A stretch of DNA of 64,000 nucleotides from Octopus sinensis (GCF_006345805.1 NC_043023.1:13950001-14014000); one strand, 5' to 3'. Counted from the stretch's first letter, positions 37,630 to 52,457 are shown. Translations and numbers: made by a program. The notes: generated by a model not told the origin, from the sequence alone.

Positions 37630-37673
<44 letters not shown>

Positions 37674-37681
37674 TTATAATT

Positions 37682-38228
37682 CCTTTATTGCCCACAGGGG
37701 ACTAAACACAGGGGGGACAAACAAGGACAGACAAACGGATTAAGCCGATTACATCGACCCCAGTGTGTAACTGGTACTTTATTTATCGACCCCGAAAGGC
37801 AAAGTCGACCTCGGCGGAATTTGAACTCAGAACGTAAAGGCAGACGAAATACCTATTTCTTTATTACCCACAAGGAGCTAAACATAGAGAGGACAAACAA
37901 GGACAGACAAAGGGATTAAGTCGATTACATCGACCCAAGTGCGTAACTGGTACTTAATTTATCGACCCCGAAAGGATGAAAGGCAAAATCGACCTCAGCG
38001 GAATTTGAACTCAGAACGTAACGGCAGACGAAATACTTATATATTTATTTCTTTACTACCCACAAGGGGCTAAACACAGAGGGGACAAACAAGGACAGGC
38101 AAACGGATTAAGTCGATTACATCGACTCCAGTGTGTAACTGGTACTTATTTAATCGACCCCGAAAAGATGTAAGGCGAAGTCGACCTCGGCGGAATTTGA
38201 ACTCAGAAAGTAAGGGCAGACGAAATAC
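37682..38228 (-). mobile_element. Tandem array of three SINE family B units
   Basis: Units start near 37682, 37853 and 38045. Confidence 0.85.
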
Positions 38229-38564
38229 TTATATATATTTATTAATATTAGCAGAAACAGCAGATTCACTGAAGAACCGAGAATTTCGTGCGTTACCACT
38301 TATACATACATACATACATACATACATACATACATACATTCACACACACACACACACATATATATATACACACACATATATATACACACACATATATACA
38401 TACACACACATATATATATATACACACACACATATATACATACACACACACATATATATATATACACACACACATATATATACACACACATATATACACA
38501 CACATATACACACACACACACATATATACACATACACATACACACATATATACACACACACACG

Positions 38565-38737
38565 CTAAACTGTCACTCCTCCATCCCCATCAAATCCCCC
38601 CTCCCCTTGCTTCACCTCTTCTCCTCCCCCTTCTCTCCCATCACGCACTGCCCCACCACACGCTTCTTCTTCTTCTTCTCCGTCAATTAAATTCTCCTCC
38701 ACATCTCCGCCGCCTCCTTCCTCTTCTCCGCCAAACA
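38565..38737 (+). promoter_or_regulatory. Probable 5' UTR/proximal promoter of the TMEM130-like gene
   Basis: Non-repetitive, pyrimidine- and CpG-enriched stretch directly before the ATG; transcription start not determinable. Confidence 0.4.
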
Positions 38738-38840
38738 ATGGCAGGACACACGCCGAGCGGATCATTTCTTCACCCATCTCCAGCCTGTCTACTCTTTTTC
38801 ATTGTAACTTTGTCAACTTTGACAGCCTCAAAGTCTGAAG
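38738..38840 (+). CDS. TMEM130-like PKD-domain glycoprotein, exon 1 (signal peptide)
   Basis: AAACAATGG start context, GAAG|GTAAGA donor; 103 nt, phase 1; MAGHTPSGSFLHPSPACLLFFIVTLSTLTASKSE has a hydrophobic signal-peptide core. Linkage to exon 2 is inferred from phase and protein logic. Confidence 0.72.
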
Positions 38841-38934
38841 GTAAGACCAACGTTACTATTTAACGAATTAATAAACATAAACCCCAATACCCTATACCTA
38901 TAATTACGTCCACAACAACTTTAAGATATGTAGT

Positions 38935-38967
<33 letters not shown>

Positions 38968-41061
38968 CATTTATATTAATTATAACTTTTTTTTTAATTA
39001 ATAGTTGTAAATAACGTAATGTAGAATTAAATACACGTCTGTTTATCTTCTTAGCAACACCATACATACGTACATTCCCGTACTACATGGGGTGTGTATA
39101 TTGTAAAGTTAATAAGTTTTATATATTGGGCAAGTGCTATCTACTATAATCTCCGGGAAGCTGAAAAGAAACCTGTTATGCGTATATATACACACATATA
39201 TATATATAGACATAGACACACATATTTATACATATAGACACACACAATATATATATACGTATATATTCACATAGACACACGCATATATATACATATATAT
39301 ATACACATAGACACACACATATATATACATATATATATATACAGACACACACATATATATACATATATATATATACACATAGACACACACATAATATCAT
39401 ATATATATATACACAGACACACAATATATATCATATATATACACATAGACACACATATATATACATATATATACACATAGACACACACATATATACATAT
39501 ATATACACAGACACACACATATATACATATATATACACACAGACACACACATATATACATATATATACACATAGACACACACATATATATACGTATATAT
39601 TCACATAGACACACACATATATATACGTATATATTCACATAGACACACACTCACACATATACGTATATATACACATACACATATATATACGTATATATAC
39701 ACATACACATATATATACGTATATATACACATACACATATATATACGTATATATACACATACACATATATATACGTATATATAAACATACACATATATAT
39801 ATACGTATATATACACATACACATATATATACGTATATATACACATACACACACACATATATATATACGTATATATACACACACACATATGCCCATAGAC
39901 ACACATATATACACACATATATATATACATATATACACACATATATATACACATATATACCTATATATACACATACACACACATTTATGTAGACGTGCGT
40001 ATGTGGGTGTGTATACACATGTATGTGTGTATATATATTTTCAGTCATTTGATTGCGGCCGTGCTGGAGCAACGCCTTTAGTCGAGCAATTCGACCCCAG
40101 GACTTATTCTTTGCAAGCCTAGTACTTTATTTTATCGGCCCCTTTTGCCGAAGCGATGTGGGATGGGGGCCTCTCACTCACTCACACACACACAGACGTG
40201 TGTGTGTGTGTGTGACTATCCGAAACAGTAAGTTTTCTGGTAAACTTGACTGAGGAAAGAAGCCTCGAATGACCCGTCCTTTTTTTCTTTTTCCGTGTCC
40301 TAATTGTTATTCCTCCCGCCTTCCTTTGCATCTTCTATCCATCCGAAAGTTTTATTGTCCTCTATTGCGTTTTTGTTATATAAAACATAAAACGCATATA
40401 TAATTATATGACGGGCTTTTTTCAGTTTCCATCTACCAAATCCATTCACAAACATTGGTTGGCCCAAGATACCACATTGTAGAATCGAACCCGCAACCAT
40501 GTGGTTGGGAAGCAAGCTTCTTACCACACAGCCACTCCTATAAAAAAGTTAATATGCAGCGGTAGGACATAAAAATTCATCAAAATATATACTTGGTCAT
40601 TTGACAGCGGCCATGCTGGAGTACTTACTATATACACATATACACACGTATATACACATATATACATATATATATGCACGAAAATATATATACACACACA
40701 CACACACATACATATGTGTATACACACACACATACACACGTCTACATAAATGTGTGTATGTGTATATATGTGTATATGTGTCTATGTATATATATGTGTA
40801 TACATTACGTTAACAACTATCAATTAAAAAAAAGTTATAATTAGAGATGAAACAGTGAAAAACATAAACCAAAACAAAATTAAAAATATAATTTACAAAA
40901 TATATATAATTTAAAATTATTAATTTATATTTATAAATTATAAAAATATATATAACTATCAAAAAGTATTAAAAAGTTTAATAGAAGATAATATATATAT
41001 ATATAAGTTGTGGTGCACCTGAGCACTGTATACAATAATTTTATTGTATTATTATTATTTT

Positions 41062-41129
<68 letters not shown>

Positions 41130-41955
41130 CATGGGCGGCTGCTGGTCTTCCTTAAACAACCTTGCCCGGACTTGTGCCTGAGGGGGTAACTTTCTAGGTG
41201 CAATCCCATGGTTAGTTATGACCGAAGGGGGTCTCGGCATATACAAAGTGTTTGTTTCCACCACTTGACAACCAGTGTTGGTTCATTTGTGTTCCCGGAA
41301 CTTCACGGCCCGTTTTCGACGTAACCCTAAACCCCCAAAACAGGTGGTGTGCGGGTTCTTTACCTTCGCCAATAAACCAATACAATAAATTCTAGGTTCT
41401 TTAAAAAGGGGCCTGGAGTCAATTATTTCGACTAAAATTCAAGGCGGTGCCCCAGAATAATTGCTGTCAAATGACTGAAACAAAACTATATATAATATTA
41501 ATTATATATTATATATAATGGTTAAATTTACCATATTATGCGTTAATTACAAACTTTATATAAATCAAAACTTTTGGAGTTTTTTCGCTTTTATATTGTC
41601 TTTATCTTCTCGGCGTACTTTAATTAAAAGTTAATTAAAACTTTTAATTAAGCCTATTTTTGCTCTCGACCATGAAAACAAAATCAATTAGACATCTTAA
41701 ATTGTTCATGTAAATGGGTTACTGTTATATATTTATAAATTCCCGCTGTTTTGTGTATATATACTCGGTGACTGGATATATATAAAATTGTATTTTTGTG
41801 TGTATTTATTTCATATAGTCGTTTCTATCTAGCTGTAGTGTTGTTTTTATATACACCCGGTTTTATTACGCTGTTGAAATTGCTTTTTAGGGTGTTACAT
41901 ATATATATATATATAATATATATATATCTATAATATATATATATATATATATATT

Positions 41956-42004
<49 letters not shown>

Positions 42005-42223
42005 TACATACTGTGGGCTGTCTTCATATAGATATACCGACACAGCTGCCCCAGGGTCTAAAGAGTCTAGGGGGCCCAATTTTGATGTATGTATTCTTCG
42101 GCTTACGCTTGCTCGAGGGTGTATAATGCTGCCAAGGCGACCCTATATACTCACATAAATATATGTATATAAACACAACAGTACGTATATATATATAACA
42201 TAAAATGCACGTATACATACATT

Positions 42224-42277
<54 letters not shown>

Positions 42278-42293
42278 TACACACACACACACA

Positions 42294-42499
42294 CAGGGTA
42301 GCCAAAAAGTAGGTTTTGTTATTCATCTCTTCCGCATTCAGATATTACGTTTAGATATTATAAAAAAATATATATAAAACCATTATTCTATGCTAATTGC
42401 TAATTTAGTTAATTGTAAGATAGAAATTTAAATGTAATAAAATGTTTCTAAAATTAAGTGCCTGCGTAGTAACTGAAAACCTACTTTCGGCCCACCCTG
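42294..42499. mobile_element. Tc1/mariner-type MITE
   Basis: TIRs CAGGGTAGCCAAAAAGTAGGTTTT / AAAACCTACTTTCGGCCCACCCTG, followed by TA on the right. Confidence 0.75.
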
Positions 42500-42754
42500 T
42501 ATGTATGTATGTATGTATGTATGTATGTATGTATATATATATTTGTGTGTATATATATGGTATATATATATAGGTATGTGTGTGTATGTATATATAGGTA
42601 TGTGTGTGTATGTATATATAGGTATGTGTGTGTATGTATATATAGGTATGTGTGTGTATGTATATATAGGTATGTGTGTGTATGTATATATAGGTGTGTG
42701 TGTGTGTGTATATATATATAGGTATGTGTGTGTGTGTGTATATATATATAGGTA

Positions 42755-42786
<32 letters not shown>

Positions 42787-42825
42787 GGTATGTGTGTGTG
42801 TGTATATATGGTATATATATAGGTA

Positions 42826-42856
<31 letters not shown>

Positions 42857-43910
42857 TATGTGTGTGTGTGTGTATATTGGTATATATATATGTGTGTGTG
42901 TAATATGGTATATATATAGGTATGTTGTGTGTGTATATATGGTATATATATAGGTATGTGTGTGTATATATATATATGGTATATAATAGGTATGGTGTGT
43001 TATTATATATGGTATATATATAGGTATGTGTGTGTATAATATATGGTATATATATATAGGTATGTGTGTATATATATATGGTATATATATAGGTATGTGT
43101 GTGTGTTATATAGGTATGTGTGTGTGTGTGTATATATATATATGTGTATATATATAGGTATGTGTGTGTGTATATATATGGTATATATATAGGTATGTGT
43201 GTATATATAATATGGTATATAATAGGTATGTTGTATATATATATGGTATATATATAGGTATGTGTGGATATATATATGGTATATATATAGGTATGTGTGT
43301 ATATATATATGGTATATATATAGGTATGTGTGTATATATATATGGTATATTATAATGGTATGTGTGTATATATATATGGTATATATATAGGTATTGTGTA
43401 TATATATATGGTATATATATATGTAGGTGTGTGTGTGTATATATGGTATATATATAGGTATGGGTGTTGTGTATATATGGTATATATAGGTATGTGTGTG
43501 TATATATATATATGGTATATATATAGGTATGTGTGTGTATATATATATGGTATATATATAGGTATGTGTGTGTATATATATATGGTATATATATATAGGT
43601 ATGTGTGTATATATATATGGTATATATATAGGTATGTGTGTGTGTATATATAGGTATGTGTGTGTGTATATATAGGTATGTGTGTGTGTATATATAGGTA
43701 TGTGTGTGTGTATATATAGGTATGTGTGTGTGTATATATATATATGGTGTATATATAGGTATGTGTGTGTATGTATATATATATAGGTGTGTGTATATAT
43801 ATATATATATGTGTGTGTGTATGTATATATAGGTGTGTGTATATAATATATATATATATATGTGTATGTATGTATATATAGGTGTGTGTATATATATATA
43901 TATAGATATG
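42500..43910. repeat. ~1.4-kb TATAGGTATGTGTG-type degenerate minisatellite (similar tract 39170-40035)
   Basis: Direct inspection. Confidence 0.95.
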
Positions 43911-44833
43911 TAACCTCCAAACATGTAAACACCTCCATATAAAACTATATACATAAACACATACATATATACTTATACACATACACACTCCTGTTTGTGT
44001 GTATGTATACATATAAACAAATATATACACTTACATATTCTTATCTACACACACACATTTGCAAATACTCATACATTTATTTGTATATACACATACTTTC
44101 GTACACACATTTATATACACCATGTATCTACATGAAATGTGTATATATTCTCACACAAACTTTGTGTGCCGCCCGTTTCTCAGTCACGAGTTGCCGGTTT
44201 CAATTCTATAGACTGACACTTGTACTAAATTCTCGCACCCATTCACACTTTAATAAATTGAAAATTCTGTTGATTTCTGTCGGATGAAGCATATTTTGAT
44301 CTTTTCCTTTTGAACGGCAGTTTTCAACACAATTTCTAGTTAACTAAACACTTTTAAACTTCGTATACTGGTCGAATGTGTTTATGAAACATCATTTTCT
44401 CTTGGCTTTATTGAGAAAATACTATAGTTTGTAAGATATTTCGTCTGAAATTTCGAGCATTTCGGCAATTTTAACCAATCGCTGAACTTCACTGACGTAA
44501 ACAACATTCCGTGCTGTATGAATATGTCCTTCGTTTAAGAAACAGATTGGGTTTATTTACATTTGCGAAGAAAAAAAGATACCCATATTTTACAACTGGC
44601 AAGACCAACTTTCGATTAATGTCTGTCTCAAGTTTATTATATTGGAGGGTTCATTCGGGGTACATTTGTCGGTATGCTTACACAAGAGGGCAATCCATCG
44701 GTTTTGGTCTCAGACTTGCCATCCATATTCCGCAATTTCCGTTCAGTTTTTACTTTTATTTTCATGTCCTGTTCAACCTGACATTTGCTTTCAAGTGGGT
44801 ACGGAGATGAAAAAAGGAAGATGGCCCGTATTT

Positions 44834-45050
44834 GGGTACTATTTAAGAAGAGTGGTCCCGGTGCGCGTACTCGCATAGTCGCGCATCCCCACTAGCTAGT
44901 CGTGACTAGTCGATCCTTTGTGTTTTATTTACTTTGTGTAAAAAAAATTTTTGTTTTATTTACTTTGCTAGGTAGTCGTTGTAGGATCGATTAGTTACGA
45001 CTAGCGTACGCGAGTGCGCGCACCGGGACCACTCTTCTTAAATAGTACCC
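44834..45050. mobile_element. 217-bp MITE with GGG...CCC termini
   Basis: First 34 bp of the TIRs are identical (GGGTACTATTTAAGAAGAGTGGTCCCGGTGCGCG); GTATTT at 44828-44833 and 45051-45056. Confidence 0.88.
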
Positions 45051-46436
45051 GTATTTGTTTTACTTTTGTATGTATCTTTTACTTGTTTCAGTCATTTTAA
45101 CTGGCCATGCTGGAGCACCGCCTTTTAGTCGAGCAAATCGACCCCAGGACTTATTCTTTGTAAGCCTAGTACTTATTCTATCAGTCTTTGCCGAACCGCT
45201 GAGTTACGGGGACGTAAACACACCAGCATCGGTTGTCAAGCAATGTTGGGAGAACAAACATATACATACATATATAACGACGGGCTTCTTTCAGTTTCCG
45301 TCTACCAAATCTACCCAAAAGGCTTTGGTCAACCCGAGGCTATAGTAGAAGACACTTAGCCAAGGTGTCACACAGTGGGACTGAACCCGGAACCATGTAG
45401 TTGGTAAACAAGCTACTTACCACACAGCCACTCAAGACGTGCGCACGTAGTTGCACATTCATATACACACGTGCATGGTCATACACAAACGGGGTCAGCT
45501 TTCAATTTTCACGTCCTGCACTTCAGAGTGAATGTCAAGTTCAGCCGGACATGAAAATATAAATAAAAACTTTACGGAAATTGCCGAACACTGACGGAAT
45601 GTTTGAGGCCAAAAACGATTGATTTGCCCCACAAGTGTGCCCCCCCCTTCGACTTTGTTTTCACATAACTTCCAGTAAAATGGGTATTTCTGAATGAAAT
45701 TTTCTACAAATAGACTTCAGATGGTGTAGATTTCGGTTATATCAGAATTTTTGTGAATGAAAGTTTTTTTTTTTTTTTTTCACGAGGGTGGGGAGAAGAG
45801 TTTGAGAAAATTCTCTCGAGTCAGCTTTATTTCTTCATAACTTTTTTTTTAAAGAATACTCCTTTACTTGTTTCAGTCATTTGACTGTGGCCATGCTGGA
45901 GCACCGCCTTTTAGTCGAGCAAATCGACCCAGGGCTTATTTTTTGTAAGCCTAGTACTTATTCTGTCGGTCACTTTTGCCGAACGGCTAAGTTACGGGGA
46001 CGTAAACACACCAGCATCGGTTGTCAAGCGATATTAGGACAAACACAGACACAAATATATACATATATACGATGGGCTTCTTTCAGTTTCCGTCTACCAA
46101 ATCCACTCACAAGGCTTTGGTCGGCCCAAGGTTATAGCAGAAGACCCTTGCCAAAGGTGCCATGCAGTGGGACTGAACCCGGAACCATGTGGTTGGTAAG
46201 CAAGCTACTTACCACATAGCCACTCCTGCGTATTTTTAAATGAAATTAATTTTCTACAAATACCTTTCGCCGTGTGTAGATTAGGATTATATCGGAATTT
46301 AATTTGAAAAACTAGTGGATTCGTACGCCTACATAATGATGCATTAAAACTTCTTCCGATAGAATAAGTACTGGGCTTACAAAGAATGAATCCGGGGGTC
46401 GATTTGCTCGACTAAAGGCGGTACTTATTCTACCGG

Positions 46437-46481
<45 letters not shown>

Positions 46482-47749
46482 TTCCGCCTACTAAATCCAC
46501 TCACAAGGCATTGGTCGGCCCGAGGCTATAGTAGAAGACACTTGCCCAAGGTGCCACACAGTGGGACTGAACCCGGAACCATGTGGTTGGTAATCAAGCT
46601 ACTTGCCACTCCTGCGCCTATATGTTTGATTTTTATTGAAGTTCCATTAAAATTGGGGCATTTTGATGCCAGAGCAATTTGGATACAGTCTTTGGAGTCC
46701 AATTGATTTCGTTAAAGGATTGAATTGAATAACTACTAAATACTAATTAAAGCATAAATCCATGTCAAAAAATAAGGTTAAGGTGGGTAATAAACAACTG
46801 ACAAATATTTTTGTCACTTGACAACACTTTAGCAACGACATTGATTGTTCAAAATGGCATGATGTCTCCTAAGCACGTCCATTACGTTGGCCGGATGCAT
46901 TGTTGCCAGAAGAAAAATTTGTTTCAAGGAAGGTTTTTTTTTTATAACTTTTGGATCTTTTCGGTTTGAACGGCGGTTTTTTTTCTAGCAGTGTCATATG
47001 AAATTGTCACCCATAATTATGACCCTAGTATCGATCTATTGCGTTTCAATCTGTTTTACGGTTAGGGATGGGGGAAGGGTATCTTTTTTTTTCTTCAGAA
47101 ATGTAAATAAACCCAATCTGTTTCTTAAACGAGGGACATATTCATACGGCGCAGAATGTTTTTGCCTCAATAGACGTCAGTGATTGGTTGAAATAGCAGA
47201 AATTGAAGAAATAAAAAACAAATATCTTCCAAACTATAGAATTTTCTCAAAGCCAAGAGAAAAAGATGTTTTATAAACACATTCTACCAGTATACGAAGT
47301 TTAGAAGTGTTTAGTTACGTGGAAATTATTTTTAAAAACTGCCGTCCAAACTGAAAAGATCAAAAAAAATTTGTTACAAGGAACGTTTTCTTTTTATATA
47401 ATTTTTGGATCTTTTCGGTTTGAACGACAGTTTTTTCTAGAGGTGTCATATGAAATTTTCACCCATAATTATGACCCTAGTATTAATCTATTGCATTTCA
47501 ATCTGTTTTAGGGTTAGGGGTGAGGGAAGGGTATCTTTTTTTTTTTCGGAAATGTAAATAAACCCAATCTATTTCTTAAACGAGGGCCATATTCATACAG
47601 CACGGAATGTTTTCACCCCAAATGGACTCCAGCGATTGGTTAAAATTGCTGAAATGCTCGAAATTAAAGTGGAAATATATTACAAACTATAGAATTTTCT
47701 CAAAGCCAAGAAAAAAATGACGTTTTATAAACACATTCTACCAGTATAG

Positions 47750-48478
47750 GTGCAGGAGTGGCTGTGTAGTAAGTAGCTTGCTAACCAACCACATGGTTCC
47801 GGGTTCAGTCCCACTGCGTGGCATCTTGGGCAAGTGTCTTCTGCTATAGCCCTGGGCCGACCAATGCCTTGTGAGTGGATTTGGTAGACGGAAACTGAAA
47901 GAAGCCTGTCGTATATATATATATATTATATATATATATATGTGTGTCTGTGTGTCTGTGTGTCTGTGTGTTTGTGTGTGTCTGTGTGTTTGTGTGTCTG
48001 TGTTTGTGTGTCTGTGTTTGTGTGTCTGTGTGTTTGTGTGTCTGTGTTTGTGTGTCTGTGTGTCTGTGTGTTTGTGTGTGTCTGTGTGTTTGTGTGTGTC
48101 TGTGTTTGTGTGTCTGTGTTTGTGTGTCTGTGTGTTTGTGTGTCTGTGTGTTTGTGTGTCTGTGTGTTTGTGTGTCTGTGTGTTTGTGTGTCTGTGTGTC
48201 TGTGTGTCTGTGTTTGTGTCTGTTTTTGTGTCTGTTTTTGTGTCTGTTTTTGTGTCTGTTTTTGTGTCTGTGTTTGTGTGTCTGTGTTTGTCCCCCTAGC
48301 ATTGCTTGACAACCGATGCTGGTGTGTTTACGTCCCCGTCACTTAGCGGTTCAGCAAAAAGAGACCGATAGAATAAGTACTGGGCTTACAAAGAATAAGT
48401 CCCGGGGTCGATTTGCTCGACTAAAGGCGGTGCTCCAGCATGGCCACAGTCAAATGACTGAAACAAGTAAAAGAGTAT
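47750..48478 (+). mobile_element. SINE family A with ~350-bp expanded internal (TGTC/TGTT) microsatellite
   Basis: Intact head and tail flanking the tract at 47940-48290. Confidence 0.9.
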
Positions 48479-48758
48479 TCGAAGTTTAAAAGTGTTTAGT
48501 TAACTAGAAATTGTGTTGACATGTGCCATTCAAAAGGTAAAGATCCCCTGCCCCCCCTGTTCCTGGGCCCATGGACACACACTTACATCTATATACAAAT
48601 GCATTATACATTTTATGTTGTCTGGAGTGTCATCGTCTAACACATGCACCAGTTTGATTTTTTTTTTTTTTTTTTTTTCTTCCAAAATTTTGTTGCCCTT
48701 TGCAACCTTGTCAATGGATGTTGACCCTGTAATTGAAGCCCTGTTCTTTGTTTTATGT

Positions 48759-49874
48759 AAAGTATAGAAGCCATCTTAACATGGCTAACCACATAGGGGA
48801 GGGGGTGTTACTGTAGCTTTATAGCCCCAAGAGATCGTCGTCTCCAGCTGGCTTTAGACACCATATCAGTGCCCTTGAAGTATTTGCTAAGGGAGGCCAT
48901 CCCCTCCTCGCATAAGGTATAGAAGCCATCTTAACATGGCTAACCACATAGGGGAGGGGGTGTTACTGTAGCTTTATAGCCCCAAGAGATCGTCGTCTCC
49001 AGCTGGCTTTAGACACCATATCAGTGCCCTTGAAGTATTTGCTAAGGGAGGCCATCCCCTCCTCGCATAAGGTATAGAAGCCATCTTAACATGGCTAACC
49101 ACATTGGGGAGGGGGTGTTACTGTAGCTTTATAGCCCCAAGAGATCGTCGTCTCCAGCTGGCTTTAGGCACCATTTCAGTGCCCTTGAAGTATTTGCAAA
49201 GGGAGGCCATCCCTTCCTCGCAAGCCTGAGTGATACGCTCGGACTAGTTTCGGGATTGTTGTCCCTTGTCAACGGGCGGTAACCACCAGGTTGCGATGAA
49301 AGGGAAGGCTTCCCTGCAAATATGAGTTTTTCTAGTGACGTATGCCACTGATTTCGAAAAACTGACAGTAAGCATTATTAAATCTCAGAATGATATCTTG
49401 GGGCTATAAAGCTACAGTAACACCCTCTCCCCGATGTGGTTAGCAATGTTAAGATGGCTTCTATAATTTACATTATCGAGCAATTACTGTTTCAATCTCA
49501 TTCTGAGATTTAATAATGCTTACTGTCAGTTTTTCGAAATCAGTGGCAGATGTCACTAGAAAAACTCATATATTTGCAAGGAAGCCTTCCCTTTCATCGC
49601 GACCTGGTGGTTACTGCCCGTTGACTAGGGACAAAAATCCCGAAACTAGTTCGAGCGTATCACTCAGGCTTGCGAGGAGGGGATGGCCTCCCTTTGCAAA
49701 TACTTCAAGGGCACTGAAATGGTGTCTAAAGCCAGCTGGAGACAACGATCTCTTGGGGCTATTAAGCTACAGTAACACCCCCTCCCCTATGTGGTTAGCC
49801 ATCTTAAGATGGCTTCTATACTTTACATTATCAAGCGATTACTGTTTCAATCTCATTCTGAGATTTAATAATGC
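48759..49874. mobile_element. Composite tandem + inverted (foldback) insertion with 14-bp flanking duplication, probably PLE-derived
   Basis: Three ~155-bp direct repeats (48762, 48918, 49073), ~320-bp inverted arms (about 49074-49395 and 49496-49830), TCTTTGTTTTATGT at 48745-48758 and 49875-49888. Confidence 0.8.
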
Positions 49875-50121
49875 TCTTTGTTTTATGTTTTCATGAATCG
49901 CTTATGCTGATGGATATATGTCTCTCTCTCTCTCTTTCTCTTTTACTTGTTTCAGTCATTTGACTGCGGCCATGCTGGAGCACCGCCTTTAGTTGAGCAA
50001 ATCGACCCCGGGACATATTCTTTGTAAGCCCAGTACTTATTCTATCGGTCTCTTTTGCCGAACCGCTAAGTGATGGGGACGTAAACACACACCAGCATCG
50101 GTTGTCAAGCAATGCTAGGGG

Positions 50122-50174
<53 letters not shown>

Positions 50175-50705
50175 CAGGCTTCTTTCAGTTTCCGTCTACC
50201 AAATCCACTCAAAAAAGGCATTGGTCGGCCCGAGGCTATAGTAGACACTTGCCCAAGATGCCACGCAGTGGGATTGAACCCAGAACCATGTGGTTGGTTA
50301 GCAAGCTACTTACCACACAGCTACTCCTGTCTGTGTAAGCTGAAAAATAAATGAAAAGCTATTACGGAATTTGCTGAACAAATAAATGGATTGTTCATCT
50401 CTTATATAATCTGAATCTTACACAATATCTGAAACGTATTTTGTAGAAAACTTAATTTAAAAAAAGCAAAAATCCACTTTTCTGAAGGAAAACAAATCTA
50501 AACTTACTCTTTTTTACTCTCTTTTACTTATTTCAGTCATTTGACAGTGGCCATGCTGGAGCACCGCTTTTAGTTGAGCAAATCGACCCTAGGACTTATT
50601 CTTTGTAAGCCCAGTACTTATTCTATCAGTCTCTGTTGCCGAACCGCTGAGTTACAGGGATGTAAACACACCAGCATCGATTGTCAAGCGACGTTAGGGG
50701 ACAAA

Positions 50706-50796
<91 letters not shown>

Positions 50797-51593
50797 GACG
50801 GGCTTCTTTCAGTTTCCGTCTACCAAATCCACTCACAAGGCTTTGGTCGGCCCGGGACTATAGCAGAGGACACTTGCCCAATGCCATGCAATGTGACTGA
50901 ACCCAGAACCAATGTGGTTGGTAAGCAAGCTACTTACCACACAGCCACTCCTGCGCCTATATATGTATACATATATATATATGACGGGCTTCTTACAGTT
51001 TCCGTCTACCAAATCCACTCACAAGGCTTTGGTCGGCCCGGGGCTATGGTAGAAGACACTTGCCCAAGGTACCACGCAGTGGGACTGAACCTGGAACCAT
51101 GTGGTTGGTAAGCAAGCTACTTACCACACAGCCACTCCCACTTGTGAATTTTCTGGAAAAACTGGAAAATTTATTATTATAATCTACACCATTTGAAGTG
51201 TATTTGTAGAGAATGTCATTAAAAAATATGAACTTGTCCGGAAGTTAGGAGACAAACGGGACCTTGAATCCATCGGTATGTCCTATAGTATTTGTATGAA
51301 ATTACTTCCGGTGTATACTTCAATTTTCTAAGAGCTGTTTCGTTAAAAATATCTTTACATCATACACACACTCACCAAAACATACTGACACTCACTCGCT
51401 GTGTATGTACGATCATCAAAACACAAACACATTTTCTGTGTTGTTGAATGTCAACATATAGAACTGTCTCCACCTCTCTATAAGAGAAACTGCTTTTTCT
51501 TTTGTCCTCCACCATCACCCAACAGCCTGTCTTCTCTGTGTTTATTTTTATCTGTTCTTCAACCCTAGTTCAGTTGCTTGTGAAACACACGTA

Positions 51594-52457
51594 CCGTAAA
51601 TCCTCGAGTATAATCTGCATTTTCCCTCAAAAAAATTTAAAGGTCAAGATCCATAGTGTGTATTATACACGAGGTTAAAAATGAAAATTATTTTCTAAGC
51701 AATGTCCGAGTCTCTATTTGCTGTCCTGCAATGTTTATTCAGACGCATTTTGTGATGTCGGGTGCAAAAATCCCTTAAGCTAAGCCTGAAAGCAATGAAG
51801 TCATAAAAGAATCATCCATAACTTGCAGTAAGCAACATTTATTAAAATAAAAGTATTCAGAACACAGAATAACATTAGTATGCATTTATAACAAAGTATA
51901 AATGTATTAAGAGAAAGTCGAGCATAAGAGGAATCAAATGTAGTACCGTAAATCCTCGAGTATAATCCACATTTTTCCCCCCCAAAATTTAAAGGTCAAA
52001 ATTCATAGTGCGTATTATACACGAGGTTAAAAATGAAAATTATTTTCTAAGCAATGTCCGAGTCTCTTTGCTGTCCGGCAATGTTTATTCAGACGCATTT
52101 TGTGATGTCGGGTGCGAAAATACCTTAAGCTAAGCCTGAAAGCAATGAAGTCATAAAAGAATCATCCATAACTTGCAGTAAGCAACATTTATTAAATGTT
52201 ATTACTGTTATTTCTTTATTTTCTGCAAACAAAATGCACAAAAAAGCTACACGTTTGCATTATGTTATATATACAATAATAATAAAGGACGTTACCATAT
52301 ACAGTTTTACAAACCAAGGATGTTATATAGACCTCCTTGACTCAAATTAGAGAAGGGGTGCGTATTATACACAAGGTTTAGGTTTTTCAGAGGTACAGCC
52401 CCCTAAAAATCCCCTGCGTATTATACTCAAGGGCGGACTATACTCGAGGATTTACAG
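51594..52457. mobile_element. pogo/Tigger-like MITE with 5' partial tandem duplication
   Basis: TA-CCGTAAATCCTCGAGTATA at 51592 and 51944; TATACTCGAGGATTTACAG-TA at the right end. Confidence 0.8.
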
